Assembly: GCA_964646995.1 (NCBI GenBank)
Contig: CAZYIF010000007.1
Span: 908-64,907 of the forward strand
Length of the DNA: 64,000 nt
Source: an uncultured Gammaproteobacteria bacterium
Lineage (GTDB): Bacteria > Pseudomonadota > Gammaproteobacteria > CAZYIF01
Direction of reading: 5' to 3'
A program made the position numbers and the translations under genes. This document shows, one piece after another, positions 8,474 through 19,924 of this stretch (positions are counted from its first letter, which is position 1; the number at the start of each line of letters is the position of its first letter). The notes under the pieces were generated by a model. It made no database searches. It saw nothing but the letters and a program-made list of their open reading frames with translations, and was not told where the DNA came from.

Positions 8474-11023
8474 ATGGCCGAAGTGACGGTAAAACGTTTA
8501 GCCGAAGTGGTTGGGATCCCTGTGCAACGTCTTCTTGTGCGTTTAGAAGAAGCGGGAATGACTATTTCCGATCCTGAACAACTGATCAGTGACACCCAAA
8601 AACAACAATTGCTGCAATACTTGAAAGGTGGCCACGGTAGCGCCGCTAGTGAAAAAACGACGGAAACCCAGAAAAAAATTATTAGCAAACGCAAAACGGT
8701 CAGTGAACTCACCGTCACTGATGGGCAAAGTCGTAAAAAAATCAAAGTAGAAGTCCGCAAAAAACGGACTTACACCACGCCTGCAGTTACGACAGAAGAA
8801 ATCTCTGAGGATGCACCCGCAGCACCGGTGCTAGACGAAGCCACCCAGCAAACCCAAACAACACTAGATGCTAGCGTACAGGAACCCTCCACTGCAGAAC
8901 ACACACCGCACGAGCAGCCCCTCTCCCCTACTGCCGGCAAACAAACCACAGAAAACGCAGCAGCGGAATCTGACTTAACAGCATCGACCACGGCTAGTGA
9001 TGAATCCGCAGATAACTTACTCAAGGGTAAAATTAAAGGTAAAAAAACCGACGCCGAAGAAAAAGATGACAAAAAAGCGAAGCGCCGGGTTGCAGAAAAA
9101 GTAACGGTGACTAAGCTAACGCGCAAAGATTTACTGCGTGTTGCTTCAGGCGGCGAAGATGCCGATGTCGATCTCCCGCGCAAGCGTGGCGGCATGATGG
9201 GAAGACACAAACGCACGAAACAAAGCGAGTTACAAAAACACGCATTTGAAAAACCCGTGTCTCCTGTCGTACGCGAAATCGCGATACCAGAAACCATCGC
9301 GGTTACTGATCTCGCACAACGCATGTCGGTAAAAGCCAGTGAAGTCATTAAGACATTATTTAAAATGGGGGTAATGGCCACCATCAATCAAGCTCTGGAT
9401 CAAGACTCCGCTATCTTAGTCGTAGAAGAATTGGGGCACACCGCCAAGACCGTCAGCAGCAATGCCTTAGAAGAATCCGTGTTAACGGAACATCAGGTGG
9501 ATGCAGCCAGCCTACGCCCGCGTGCGCCGGTGGTCACCATCATGGGACACGTGGATCACGGTAAGACCTCGCTGCTTGATTACATTCGCAGTGCGAAGGT
9601 CACCCACGGCGAAGCCGGTGGTATCACGCAGCATATAGGCGCTTACCACGTAGAAACGCTCAAGGGCAACATCACTTTCTTGGATACGCCGGGCCATGAA
9701 GCGTTTACCGCCATGCGCGCGCGCGGTGCGCAATGCACGGATATCGTGATATTAGTCGTTGCCGCTGATGACGGCGTGATGCCACAGACCTTAGAAGCCA
9801 TACAACACGCAAAGGCAGCACAAGTACCCGTCGTCGTTGCCGTCAATAAAATTGATAAGCCCGATGCCGATCCCGAACGCATAAAAACCGAATTATCGCG
9901 CCACGACGTGGTTGCTGAAGACTGGGGTGGCGACACTATGTTTGTCAATGTGTCGGCTAAACGTGGTGACGGCGTCGATAAATTACTCGAGACCGTGCTA
10001 CTACAAGCCGAAGTGTTGGAGCTAAAGGCGCAGGTAACCGGCCCAGCACGTGGTGTGGTCGTCGAATCACGCTTAGATAAAGGAAGGGGGCCGATCGCCA
10101 CCGTGCTCGTACAAGCAGGCACGCTGCGGGTTGGCGATGTCTTGTTGGCTGGCTTGGAATTCGGTCGCGTCCGTGCGATGTACGACGAAAACGGCCAAAC
10201 ACTGACGGAAGCAGGTCCTTCCACACCGGTGGAAATTTTGGGTTTATCCAATGTTCCCAGCGCCGGTGACGATGCATTAGTTGTCTCTGATGAACGCAAA
10301 GCCAGAGAAACCGCGTCATTCCGCCAAAACCGTTCGCGTCAATTAAAGTTAGCCAAACAATACGGTATCACCGTCGAAAACTTATTTGGCCAGGCCAAAC
10401 ACGATAAATCCAAAGTACTCAACATCGTACTCAAAGCGGATGTCCAAGGCTCGGTGGAAGCACTGCGTGAAACGCTAGGCAAGCTCAGCACCGACGAAGT
10501 CTCTACCAAATTGATCGTGAGCAACGTCGGTGGTATTAGTGAATCCGACGTCAACTTAGCCATGGCATCGCAAGCCATCATCATCGGTTTTAACGTGCGT
10601 GCGGATGCAAGTGCGCGCGCGCTGGTTGAACGCGAACGACTGATGCTGAAATACTACAGCGTCATCTACCATGTGATCGACGACGTCAAACAATTACTCA
10701 GCGGCATGCTATCGCCTGAGATACAAGAAAAAATCATTGGCCTCGCCGAAGTACGCGACGTGTTTCGTTCGTCTAAGCTGGGCGCAGTGGCCGGTTGCAT
10801 GGTGACGGAAGGTCAAGTCAAACGTAATCGTCCGATTCGCGTGTTACGCAACAACGTCGTGATCTACACCGGTGAATTAGAATCCTTACGCCGCTTTAAA
10901 GAAGACGCCAGCGAAGTACGTCAAGGAATGGAATGTGGTATCGGTGTGAAAAATTACAATGACGTACAAGTCGGTGATCAGATCGAAGTGTTTGAAGTCA
11001 CTAAGATAGCCAGGACCGTCTAA
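8474..11023 (+). CDS. infB: Translation initiation factor IF-2
   Basis: 849 aa. G-domain motifs [14 protein letters not shown] and NKID, with a charged low-complexity N-terminus. Confidence 0.95.
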   Translation: MAEVTVKRLAEVVGIPVQRLLVRLEEAGMTISDPEQLISDTQKQQLLQYLKGGHGSAASEKTTETQKKIISKRKTVSELTVTDGQSRKKIKVEVRKKRTYTTPAVTTEEISEDAPAAPVLDEATQQTQTTLDASVQEPSTAEHTPHEQPLSPTAGKQTTENAAAESDLTASTTASDESADNLLKGKIKGKKTDAEEKDDKKAKRRVAEKVTVTKLTRKDLLRVASGGEDADVDLPRKRGGMMGRHKRTKQSELQKHAFEKPVSPVVREIAIPETIAVTDLAQRMSVKASEVIKTLFKMGVMATINQALDQDSAILVVEELGHTAKTVSSNALEESVLTEHQVDAASLRPRAPVVTIMGHVDHGKTSLLDYIRSAKVTHGEAGGITQHIGAYHVETLKGNITFLDTPGHEAFTAMRARGAQCTDIVILVVAADDGVMPQTLEAIQHAKAAQVPVVVAVNKIDKPDADPERIKTELSRHDVVAEDWGGDTMFVNVSAKRGDGVDKLLETVLLQAEVLELKAQVTGPARGVVVESRLDKGRGPIATVLVQAGTLRVGDVLLAGLEFGRVRAMYDENGQTLTEAGPSTPVEILGLSNVPSAGDDALVVSDERKARETASFRQNRSRQLKLAKQYGITVENLFGQAKHDKSKVLNIVLKADVQGSVEALRETLGKLSTDEVSTKLIVSNVGGISESDVNLAMASQAIIIGFNVRADASARALVERERLMLKYYSVIYHVIDDVKQLLSGMLSPEIQEKIIGLAEVRDVFRSSKLGAVAGCMVTEGQVKRNRPIRVLRNNVVIYTGELESLRRFKEDASEVRQGMECGIGVKNYNDVQVGDQIEVFEVTKIARTV

Positions 11024-11024
11024 T

Positions 11025-11378
11025 ATGCCAACACAACGCCGCAGTTACAGCCGCAGTGAGCGGGTTGAAGTGTTATTACAACGCGAGTTAGCCTTGTTGT
11101 TACAACAACACTACCAAGACCCGCGTTTTCAATTATTGACTGTTTCGGGTGTCAAAATCAGCGCCGATCTACGTCACGCCAAAGCCTACGTGACCTGCTT
11201 ACAAACTGAGGAAACACCCAAAACCATAGAGACTTATTTAAACGCACACGTTCACAGCATACGCTTAGCCTTAGCCAAAGTCGTATCACTGCGTTACCTG
11301 CCAGAACTGCGCTTTATCTACGACGACTCTGTCGCCTACGGTAACCGCCTCGCTGCCTTGATCAACGCAGCGAATTAA
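11025..11378 (+). CDS. rbfA: Ribosome-binding factor A
   Basis: 117 aa, starting 1 nt after the infB stop. Conserved operon position. Confidence 0.9.
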   Translation: MPTQRRSYSRSERVEVLLQRELALLLQQHYQDPRFQLLTVSGVKISADLRHAKAYVTCLQTEETPKTIETYLNAHVHSIRLALAKVVSLRYLPELRFIYDDSVAYGNRLAALINAAN

Positions 11379-11444
11379 AAGCGCTGTCATGCAGAACATC
11401 GCAACGCATGCCTCTCTCATTCTGACGTAGCAACTGAAACCAGT

Positions 11445-11541
11445 GTCATCCCGAACGCAGTGAGGGATCTCAGGATGTTTGTACGGTGTTGTTAGTGAGA
11501 ATGTGACATTGCACGAGATCCCTCGTTACACTCGGGATGAC
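11445..11541. repeat. Family B palindromic element, copy 1 (GTCATCCCGA...TCGGGATGAC)
   Basis: 97 bp. Termini GTCATCCCGAACGCAGTGAGGGATCTC and GAGATCCCTCGTTACACTCGGGATGAC are inverted repeats. The core ACGGTGTTGTTAGTGAGAA is shared with copy 2. Confidence 0.85.
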
Positions 11542-11551
11542 AAATAAGGGT

Positions 11552-11657
11552 GTCATCCTGACGCCGCATCGCGGCGGAAGGATCTCATAAAGACTGCACG
11601 GTGTTGTTAGTGAGAACGTACCACCTGCACGAGATCCCTCGTTACACTCGGGATGAC
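11552..11657. repeat. Family B palindromic element, copy 2 (tandem with copy 1)
   Basis: 106 bp. GTCATCCTGACG...GGAAGGATCTC / GAGATCCCTCGTTACACTCGGGATGAC. The right arm is identical to copy 1. Confidence 0.85.
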
Positions 11658-11691
11658 AGCCATTAGTATTCGCTGCACGTTTATCAACTGA

Positions 11692-12960
11692 TTATCCGAG
11701 CAGCTTGTCTACCCAATACGCATGCTGCGCTAGCGCATCACGATTAGCATCCAACAACTGTGTCGCACGCGCCACCATATCTGCACCTTGTTGCGGTTCG
11801 GTTAACAACGCCAACACTGCGTTGGCTAACGACGTCGCATCGTGCACCGACCACAGTGCGCGCTCTGCTAATAACATTTCTGCAATCGCCTGCATATTGA
11901 AAACATGAGGACCCATCAGACTGGGCCTACCGATAGCGATCGGCTCCAAGGGATTGTGTCCTCCTATAGCTACTAAACTACCGCCAACAAATGCCACGTC
12001 CGCAGCTGCATAAAACCATAATAATTCACCCATAGAATCGCCAATAAATACGTCGCACTGTGCATCGGGATCACCTTGGCTGCGCTGCTGTACGCAATAA
12101 CCGTGTTGACGCGCCAACTGCGCTACCGTCTGAAACCGGTGTGGATGTCTAGGCACTAATAAAAGTAACGCCTCCGGCAATGACTGGCGTATGCGCGCAT
12201 GTGCCGCTAATACGTGGAGTTCTTCTCCTTCGTGCGTACTCGCGGCAATCCACACCGGTCGTGTTGCACCCCACTGCGCACGCAACGCCGTCGCCTGCGC
12301 GTACACCGTCGCTGGAATGGCTTGATTGAATTTTAAATTACCTGCAACATGCACCTTGCTAGGCTCAGCACCTAACCCGATAAACCGCGCCGCATCCGTT
12401 GGCGATTGCGCAGCAATGCAGGTCAACGCCGGTAACATCGCACGCGTCATCCAAGCGATACGACGGTAACCGCGTGCAGAACGCAGGGATAAGCGTGCAT
12501 TCGCCAATAACAACGGGATCTGCTGACGTTGACACAGTGCCAATACATTAGGCCATAACTCTGTTTCCATAATAATGCCGAGGCGTGGTTGGGTCTTGGT
12601 TAAAAACCGCTGCATAACCCCCGGTAGGTCGTAGGGTAAATAATAATGCAATACCCGTGTACCCAATACCTCTTGCACGCGTTGCGATCCCGTTGCCGTC
12701 GTCGTGGTAATCAACATCGGATAGTGTGGGTATTTTTCCAGCAAATGCTCAATCAACGGAAGGGCTGCGATAAATTCACCAAACGACACTGCGTGTAACC
12801 AAATGCTGTGTTGCTGTGGCACATCTATCCATGCTAAACGTTCACGCCAACGTCGTGCGTGGCTGGGTGTATGCCGCGTGCGCCAGCAATGGCGCAGCAG
12901 TACCCAGGGCAATGCCACGTAAAATAAGCCGCTGTAGAGATAACGTAAAATAACTGCCAT
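11692..12960 (-). CDS. waaA: 3-deoxy-D-manno-octulosonic acid (Kdo) transferase
   Basis: 422 aa. N-terminal membrane anchor, WLHAVSFGEF motif and C-terminal glycosyltransferase fold typical of KdtA/WaaA. Confidence 0.85.
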   Translation of the reverse strand: MAVILRYLYSGLFYVALPWVLLRHCWRTRHTPSHARRWRERLAWIDVPQQHSIWLHAVSFGEFIAALPLIEHLLEKYPHYPMLITTTTATGSQRVQEVLGTRVLHYYLPYDLPGVMQRFLTKTQPRLGIIMETELWPNVLALCQRQQIPLLLANARLSLRSARGYRRIAWMTRAMLPALTCIAAQSPTDAARFIGLGAEPSKVHVAGNLKFNQAIPATVYAQATALRAQWGATRPVWIAASTHEGEELHVLAAHARIRQSLPEALLLLVPRHPHRFQTVAQLARQHGYCVQQRSQGDPDAQCDVFIGDSMGELLWFYAAADVAFVGGSLVAIGGHNPLEPIAIGRPSLMGPHVFNMQAIAEMLLAERALWSVHDATSLANAVLALLTEPQQGADMVARATQLLDANRDALAQHAYWVDKLLG

Positions 12961-13255
12961 GACGAATCGACTAGCTTAAAATGGCCCATGATGTGTGGCA
13001 TAATGTGCTACAGTTACGTCGTTTATGCAAGACAAAAGGGCGTAATACAAAGAATAAAATGCTTGTCCACGGAAAACAGTAATAGCTTATGCGAACGCCT
13101 AAAGAATTAAACAGTGCTTTGTTGCCGTCCACTCGACGGCCTTTCTCAGGACGCGCAGCGTGTTTCCGAGACGACGCGGTGCGAATCCATAGGTGACAAC
13201 GGCAGATGTTGTTAGCGCAATGAACTTTCAATGGCATACACAGTAGGGGTAACGC

Positions 13256-14044
13256 ATGACATTTGCCGGTAAACTAGTTGGCGGCTTGCTCGGTTTTTTG
13301 GTGCATCCTTATATCGGCACAGCCATTGGTCTGTGGATAGGACACCAATTTGATAAAGCCGTGCACCTTGCCTGGCACCCACTGCACTTCATTCAAAAAA
13401 GTTTTACGGCGTCAGCGCAACACGCTTTTTCCGACGCCATGTTTTCGGTAATGGGACACATTGCCAAAGCCGATGGCCACATTTCGCAACGCGAAATTGA
13501 GCTCGCCGAAACATGGATGACACGCATGCGTTTATCACCACAACAACGCCAAGAGGCGATTCGCCAATTTAACTTAGGTAAAGAAGCCCATTTTGATTTA
13601 CAAAAAACGCTACACGCCTTATTGCACAGCAGTGGTGGTAACATCGTTCTATTGCGTCTATTCATTGAATTACAAATACAAGCGGCTTCAGTGGATGGTT
13701 TCAATGCCGAAAAGCAACGCTTGCTACAGCGCATCGCACAGCAATTAGGTGCCAATATGTTTTCTTCCACCGGTTTCGAACAAGCAGGATTTGATTACAA
13801 CAATCAGCAACGCAGCGCACATAACCCCGCACAAACCGCTAACCCTTACCAGGTACTCAACATTAAAACCGATGCCAGTAATAACGAAGTGAAACAAGCA
13901 TACCGGCGTTTAATGAGTCAAAACCATCCGGATAAACTGGCTTCGCAAGGCTTAACCGAAGAAATGATTAAGCTGGCTACCGAAAAAACGCAAGCCATAC
14001 AAGCCGCTTACGAACAAATACGTCAACAACGCGGAATGAAATAA
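13256..14044 (+). CDS. djlA: Co-chaperone DjlA (TM anchor, TerB-like domain, C-terminal J domain)
   Basis: 262 aa. N-terminal hydrophobic segment. C-terminal J domain [33 protein letters not shown] with HPD. Confidence 0.85.
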   Translation: MTFAGKLVGGLLGFLVHPYIGTAIGLWIGHQFDKAVHLAWHPLHFIQKSFTASAQHAFSDAMFSVMGHIAKADGHISQREIELAETWMTRMRLSPQQRQEAIRQFNLGKEAHFDLQKTLHALLHSSGGNIVLLRLFIELQIQAASVDGFNAEKQRLLQRIAQQLGANMFSSTGFEQAGFDYNNQQRSAHNPAQTANPYQVLNIKTDASNNEVKQAYRRLMSQNHPDKLASQGLTEEMIKLATEKTQAIQAAYEQIRQQRGMK

Positions 14045-14055
14045 GGAACACTTGC

Positions 14056-14724
14056 ATGCAAGCATTTACCATTGCACCTTCCATATTATCAGCCAATTTT
14101 GCCTGCCTCGGTGAAGAGGTCAAGAACGTATTGGCTGCGGGCGCCGACGTCATTCATTTCGATGTCATGGACAATCACTACGTGCCTAACTTAAGTGTAG
14201 GTCCGTTGGTGTGCCAAGCCTTACGTGACTATGGCATCACCGCACCGATCGATGTGCACTTGATGGTGAGTCCGGTGGATCCACTGATCACCCGCTTTGC
14301 CGACGCCGGCGCTAGCGCTATTACTTTTCATCCCGACGCATCTACGCACGTACACCGCAGCTTAAACCTGATCCGCGACGCCGGTTGCCAAGCAGGATTG
14401 GCCTTCAATCCCGCTACACCATTGCATTACCTAGATGACACCTTGGATCTATTGGACAACATCTTGATCATGTCGGTGAATCCCGGCTTTGGTGGGCAAA
14501 CGTTTATTCCACACAGCCTTGCCAAAATCCAACGCGCACGCCAGTTGTTACAACAACACGCAAAGCCCATCACCTTAGCCGTGGATGGTGGCATACACGT
14601 GGATAATATTGCGGCTGTTGCCCAAGCCGGCGCCGATTTTTTTGTCGTGGGTTCCGCTATTTTTACCAGCACCGATTATGTCGCTACCCTCGCACGCCTA
14701 CGTGCGGCATTACAACAGGTATAG
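14056..14724 (+). CDS. rpe: Ribulose-phosphate 3-epimerase
   Basis: 222 aa. [22 protein letters not shown] and [10 protein letters not shown] motifs. Confidence 0.95.
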   Translation: MQAFTIAPSILSANFACLGEEVKNVLAAGADVIHFDVMDNHYVPNLSVGPLVCQALRDYGITAPIDVHLMVSPVDPLITRFADAGASAITFHPDASTHVHRSLNLIRDAGCQAGLAFNPATPLHYLDDTLDLLDNILIMSVNPGFGGQTFIPHSLAKIQRARQLLQQHAKPITLAVDGGIHVDNIAAVAQAGADFFVVGSAIFTSTDYVATLARLRAALQQV

Positions 14725-14736
14725 GCAAAGCAAAAC

Positions 14737-16358
<1,622 letters not shown>

Positions 16359-16359
16359 C

Positions 16360-16388
16360 AAAAAGGCCGTCGTTAAGACGGCCTTCTG
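16360..16388. terminator. Hairpin terminator shared by convergent hemB and the 16410-16826 gene
   Basis: AAGGCCGTC-GTTAA-GACGGCCTT: 9-bp stem with an A/T run on the upstream side, which gives a U-tract on the minus-strand transcript. Confidence 0.6.
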
Positions 16389-16409
16389 CAGAGCTTATAA
16401 GCGCTACCC

Positions 16410-16826
16410 CTATCTACGAAGGTTAGGCGGGGTGAACGTAGGCGGCCTCAACTGCGGCGTCGGATCAGCATCGTACCCAGGCGCTGCACCTGGAGTAGCA
16501 CCGCCGTATGGGGTAACACCGCGTTTCTGCGCAAAACTCGGCGCACGTGTAATCGGCACCACCTTGTTAGCCAAGGCACTGGGTAAACGATTACATGCCT
16601 CCGCGATCGCGGCAAACACCGGATTAATCGGCATCGTAGCCAAGGGATTATCGCTAGTAGTTTTTTGCTGTTTGGCATCCAACGCTGCAGTCACTGCGCG
16701 CTGTAGGAAAAAGCTGCTGACGACACCTGTCGTCAACGCCATAAAGCGATTAATCGCCTGGCCAGCCAACAGCCTCATAATATGTGTCGTGGAGTTTTGG
16801 GATAATTGTTTCTCATCTAGAATCAT
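16410..16826 (-). CDS. Hypothetical protein with Pro/Gly-rich C-terminus
   Basis: Preferred over the overlapping + ORF 16327-16890 for three reasons. It ends 20 bp before the shared terminator. The ATG at 16826 (MILDEKQLSQ...) follows AGGTGG. The + ORF would have to start inside hemB. No family recognised. Confidence 0.5.
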   Translation of the reverse strand: MILDEKQLSQNSTTHIMRLLAGQAINRFMALTTGVVSSFFLQRAVTAALDAKQQKTTSDNPLATMPINPVFAAIAEACNRLPSALANKVVPITRAPSFAQKRGVTPYGGATPGAAPGYDADPTPQLRPPTFTPPNLRR

Positions 16827-17087
16827 GGCGACCACCTGCTTATCTGCTAATTATGTCCAGCTTAACCGACCAAGCTTAACGAAACCTTAAGGGTTTCACA
16901 TAAATTAGCGACCAATCTGCCTAATTTCGTCCTATTTGTCAAGGTTTTACTGGTCCTCGCGTGACAATCGCTCAATTATTGTACTGTCTTGCTGCCTAGC
17001 ACAAGAAAATTGGGACGCGCGTATAGGGGAATGCATACTCGTATTGCCTGAGGTTGTGTTACCATGGCGTGTGCATATGCGCAATAA

Positions 17088-18107
17088 ATGACTCGTTGTA
17101 TGCCGTTACTTGCCTCTCACAGGATGCTTATGTTAACAAAATCAGACAAATCCAACTTCGTCATGGCCGCGCTCGATCACTTGGGCAATGCCAAGAAATT
17201 GTTACTCGCAGAATACCAAGCCATGGAAAAAACCAGCGATACCTTGGTCTGGGTGAAGTGTCAGTTGGATGGCAATACCCGTAAAAAGCTCAAGCACCTT
17301 AAAGTCATACCCGCCAGCGTGATCACGACGTTATGCGCGGAAGAAACCAGGCCACGCTGTTTCATCCACCAAGGCGGGTTGGTTGCAAACTTCAGGACGA
17401 CGACTGCCAATGCGTGTAAGGACAACAGCGGCAATACCGCATCCATTCGCTTGTGGCTCACCGAAAACATGATTGTCACCGTGCAACGCTACCCCTTAGA
17501 ATCACTGCACAAAATCCAAGACAACCTGCAAACGGGTTATGGCCCCAAGAGTGCGTGTGAATTTTTAATGGCTATACTGACTCACTTCAATGACGGCATC
17601 TCCGACACCATTAATCTGCTCGCGGATGATATCAATCAAATAGAAGAACAACCGCGGATAACCTACGCCAATCGCACGCAATTAGCCAGCATCCGCCGCC
17701 AGGTAGTGATTTTACGCCGGTATTTGCTACCGCAACGTGAAGCCATCCTAAAAATCCAACCGGAAGAATTGTCCTGGTTCAGCGCCAACAGTCACAGCCA
17801 GTTGCGTGAAATAGCGGATTCCGTGATTCGCTTGCTCGAAGACTTGGATGCTGAACGCGACAGAACGATCATTTTACAAGAAGAAATCACCGTGCATGCA
17901 CAAGAGAAAATTAATAATAAAATGTTTGTGCTCGCCGTGGTGACTGTCATCTTTCTGCCCTTGAGTTTCGTCACTGGCTTACTCGGCATCAACGTCGCTG
18001 GAATTCCCGGTGCCTCCTACAAGCACGCATTTTACATCGTGTGCGCACTCCTACTCATGCTGGTCGTCTTTGAATGGTTGCTACTGCGCAAAAAACATTG
18101 GTTCTAA
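17088..18107 (+). CDS. zntB: CorA-superfamily divalent cation transporter, ZntB-like
   Basis: Collinear with E. coli ZntB as I recall it: ETRPR, LRRYLLPQRE, FLPLSFVTGLLGINVAGIPG (GxN motif) and two C-terminal TM helices. The exact start is uncertain; several Met codons lie in the first 26 codons. Confidence 0.75.
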   Translation: MTRCMPLLASHRMLMLTKSDKSNFVMAALDHLGNAKKLLLAEYQAMEKTSDTLVWVKCQLDGNTRKKLKHLKVIPASVITTLCAEETRPRCFIHQGGLVANFRTTTANACKDNSGNTASIRLWLTENMIVTVQRYPLESLHKIQDNLQTGYGPKSACEFLMAILTHFNDGISDTINLLADDINQIEEQPRITYANRTQLASIRRQVVILRRYLLPQREAILKIQPEELSWFSANSHSQLREIADSVIRLLEDLDAERDRTIILQEEITVHAQEKINNKMFVLAVVTVIFLPLSFVTGLLGINVAGIPGASYKHAFYIVCALLLMLVVFEWLLLRKKHWF

Positions 18108-18249
18108 TCGTGCCCAGTCACCACAACCAAGAACCGGTACAACCGGCGGGTAAAACATTTCCCGCCCCGATTGCAACGAATACCCGCTCCCCCCATCCCA
18201 GCCAGTCCGCCGATCGGAACTAAAAATGGACTTATACATGCAAGTGTTG

Positions 18250-18422
18250 GTAACTATTTAGCAAAATGCTAAATATACCCATTCCACTTCAACATGCGAT
18301 TTTTGCATTTTGCAGTGTTCTCTACGCGATGGGGTTTCCAAAGGGGAGAATCCCCATCGCGTAAAGAAAACACCGCATTTTTAAGCAAAATCGTAATGCC
18401 TTGCAACTTTGCTGAATAGTTC
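18250..18422 (+). repeat. Family A element, type II (chimeric) copy
   Basis: GGTAACTATTTAGCA...TGCTGAATAGTT inverted termini. The left half CCATTCCACTTCAACATGCGATTTTTGCATTTTGCAGTG + CTCTACGCGATGGGG is shared with 54027 and 61966(rc). The right half CCCCATCGCGTAAAGAAAAC...AATCGTAATGCCTTGCAACTTTGCTGAATAGTT is shared with 37230-37290. Confidence 0.85.
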
Positions 18423-18489
18423 CAAGTTTTGTCACATTGTGCTAACCTCTGTGGCAGACAATCAGCAACCATGCAAAGAGGCCGACAAG

Positions 18490-19503
18490 ATGGCGACACA
18501 GGTAACTGACCTCAAACCACCTATCCCGGTATACTTTTGCCCGGGCACCCTCGCCTTGCTCGATGACAATAGCGCATTCCTCGAAAATTTATGTCTGAAC
18601 CTCGGCATCACACAACGTCAACGTGTTTTCACGGCACCGCAAGCAGCGCTGGATTTCTTACAACACACGACGATCGCCACACAATCTACGTGGCTGTCTG
18701 TCAACAAAGAAACCGACATCGACAGTGAGTTTGGGCAATTAATCGAATTGCATATCCCGGCCATCCATCAGACTATCTATCACACCCAACGTTTCACCGA
18801 CATGCCGGTGATCATTGTCGATTATGCGATGCCCGGGATGAATGGATTAGAGTTCTGTCGCGCACTACAACACTTACCCATAAAAAAAATAATGTTGACT
18901 GGCGTTGCTAATTTAGACATTGCCGTCGAAGGCTTTAATCAAGGCATCATCGATAAGTTCATCTTAAAACAAGATGCCAGCGCATTACTGCCTGAACTAC
19001 GTGCTAGCATCATGCAGTTGCAATGGGCTTACTATCAGCACTTGTCACAACCGATGCATTATCAGTTGAATTTGCAGGGTGATCATTGTTTGTTTGAACC
19101 CACATTCGCCGCCGTTTTTCAGCAATTGTGTCAACAACACCAGATCGCGGAGTTTTATTTGCTGGATAGTTCCGGTAGCTTTTTATTGCTGGATGCTACG
19201 GGTACCACCTATCTGTTAGCCGTAAAAAGTGAGCGTGACATGGAAGATTATATCGACATCGCACGCAATGTGGAGCAAGCACCTACGGTTATTCTTGAAG
19301 CCTTGATGCGGCGTAAAAAAACTCCCTATTTCCACACGACAGTCGATCACGCCACGCCCATTGAACAATGGGATAATCTGCTGTACGACGCGACGCTGCT
19401 AACAGGTAAACAAGCCTACTACTATGCCTGTGTTCCTATGCCTACACGCTACTTGCAACATGAACCGCGTATCCTGTCATTATATGCTTACTGCGGTACC
19501 TAA
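18490..19503 (+). CDS. Orphan response-regulator-like protein: atypical receiver domain plus a ~200-aa C-terminal domain of unknown function (LqsR-like architecture)
   Basis: Start placed at ATG 18490 (MATQVTDL) because upstream codons lie in the repeat. Receiver signatures are LALLDDN, IIVDYAMPGMNG (Asp at residue 111), IMLTG and DKFILK. There is no DNA-binding domain and no adjacent kinase. Confidence 0.6.
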   Translation: MATQVTDLKPPIPVYFCPGTLALLDDNSAFLENLCLNLGITQRQRVFTAPQAALDFLQHTTIATQSTWLSVNKETDIDSEFGQLIELHIPAIHQTIYHTQRFTDMPVIIVDYAMPGMNGLEFCRALQHLPIKKIMLTGVANLDIAVEGFNQGIIDKFILKQDASALLPELRASIMQLQWAYYQHLSQPMHYQLNLQGDHCLFEPTFAAVFQQLCQQHQIAEFYLLDSSGSFLLLDATGTTYLLAVKSERDMEDYIDIARNVEQAPTVILEALMRRKKTPYFHTTVDHATPIEQWDNLLYDATLLTGKQAYYYACVPMPTRYLQHEPRILSLYAYCGT

Positions 19504-19593
19504 TTGTAGGGAAACAAAAACAGCAACAATACGCTAGTGTTTGCGTTGAAGTTTTTTTACAACCGTGTGAATTAATATTTGATTCGGAAATAA

Positions 19594-19648
19594 TATACCG
19601 CTCGTACTTCAAGATGCGAACTGTGATGGGTAAGTCGCGCGGTATATA
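19594..19648. mobile_element. ~55-bp MITE derived from the IS630-family termini (family C)
   Basis: TATACCGCTCGTACTTCAAGATGCGAACTGTGATGGGTAAGTCGCGCGGTATA. Inverted copy at 54162-54214. The 16-mer ACTTCAAGATGCGAAC is identical to the IS remnant's left end (25385-25400). Confidence 0.8.
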
Positions 19649-19720
19649 ACTCGGGATAACATCTATTTAGAAGGATTATTTGCTGCACCCTCGCTCTATT
19701 GCATCCCAAAAAATTATATG

Positions 19721-19830
19721 AAAATTAGGTTTATCAATCGGTTACGTTAAAAATTCGCGGGGATGTATCCGCTCGGGACGACGCGGAAAAATGTCCCTCC
19801 CCCGCAACGCGGTGGAGGGATCTCGTAATA
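19721..19830. repeat. Partial family D end joined to a family B-like GC-rich palindromic segment
   Basis: AAAATTAGGTTTATCAATCGGTTACGTTAAAAATTCGCGGGGATGTATCCGCT matches 61908-61965. The GCTCGGGACGACG / CCGCAACGCGG / GGAGGGATCTC motifs are shared with 23285-23340 and 11445-11657. Confidence 0.65.
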
Positions 19831-19924
19831 GTTACATCGTGTTTAGCTCCGAAAATAGCGTTTTTTTGCCTTATGCAACAGTGTGCTGAAGATACCCGTA
19901 ACAAATGCACGTTGGCGCATCCGT

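Noticed and set aside
7498-10584. Long minus-strand ORFs inside nusA/infB (7498-8088, 8275-8760, 8770-9387, 9643-10299, 9957-10319, 10339-10584)
   Set aside because: They are antisense to highly conserved genes with unmistakable motifs. Their Ser/Ala/Cys/Arg-rich composition is typical of antisense frames.
12971-13237. 88-aa minus-strand ORF in the waaA/djlA divergent intergenic region
   Set aside because: It has no RBS and a Cys/Arg-rich junk-like sequence. It occupies what should be the divergent promoter region.
18269-18499. ORFs 18269-18499(-), 37099-37350(-), 54081-54659(+) and 38602-38940(-), which encode similar peptides (NYSAKLQGITI..., ...LRDGD...)
   Set aside because: The similarity arises only because they are translations of family A/C repeat copies. 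There are no RBSs and the frames are not conserved between copies.
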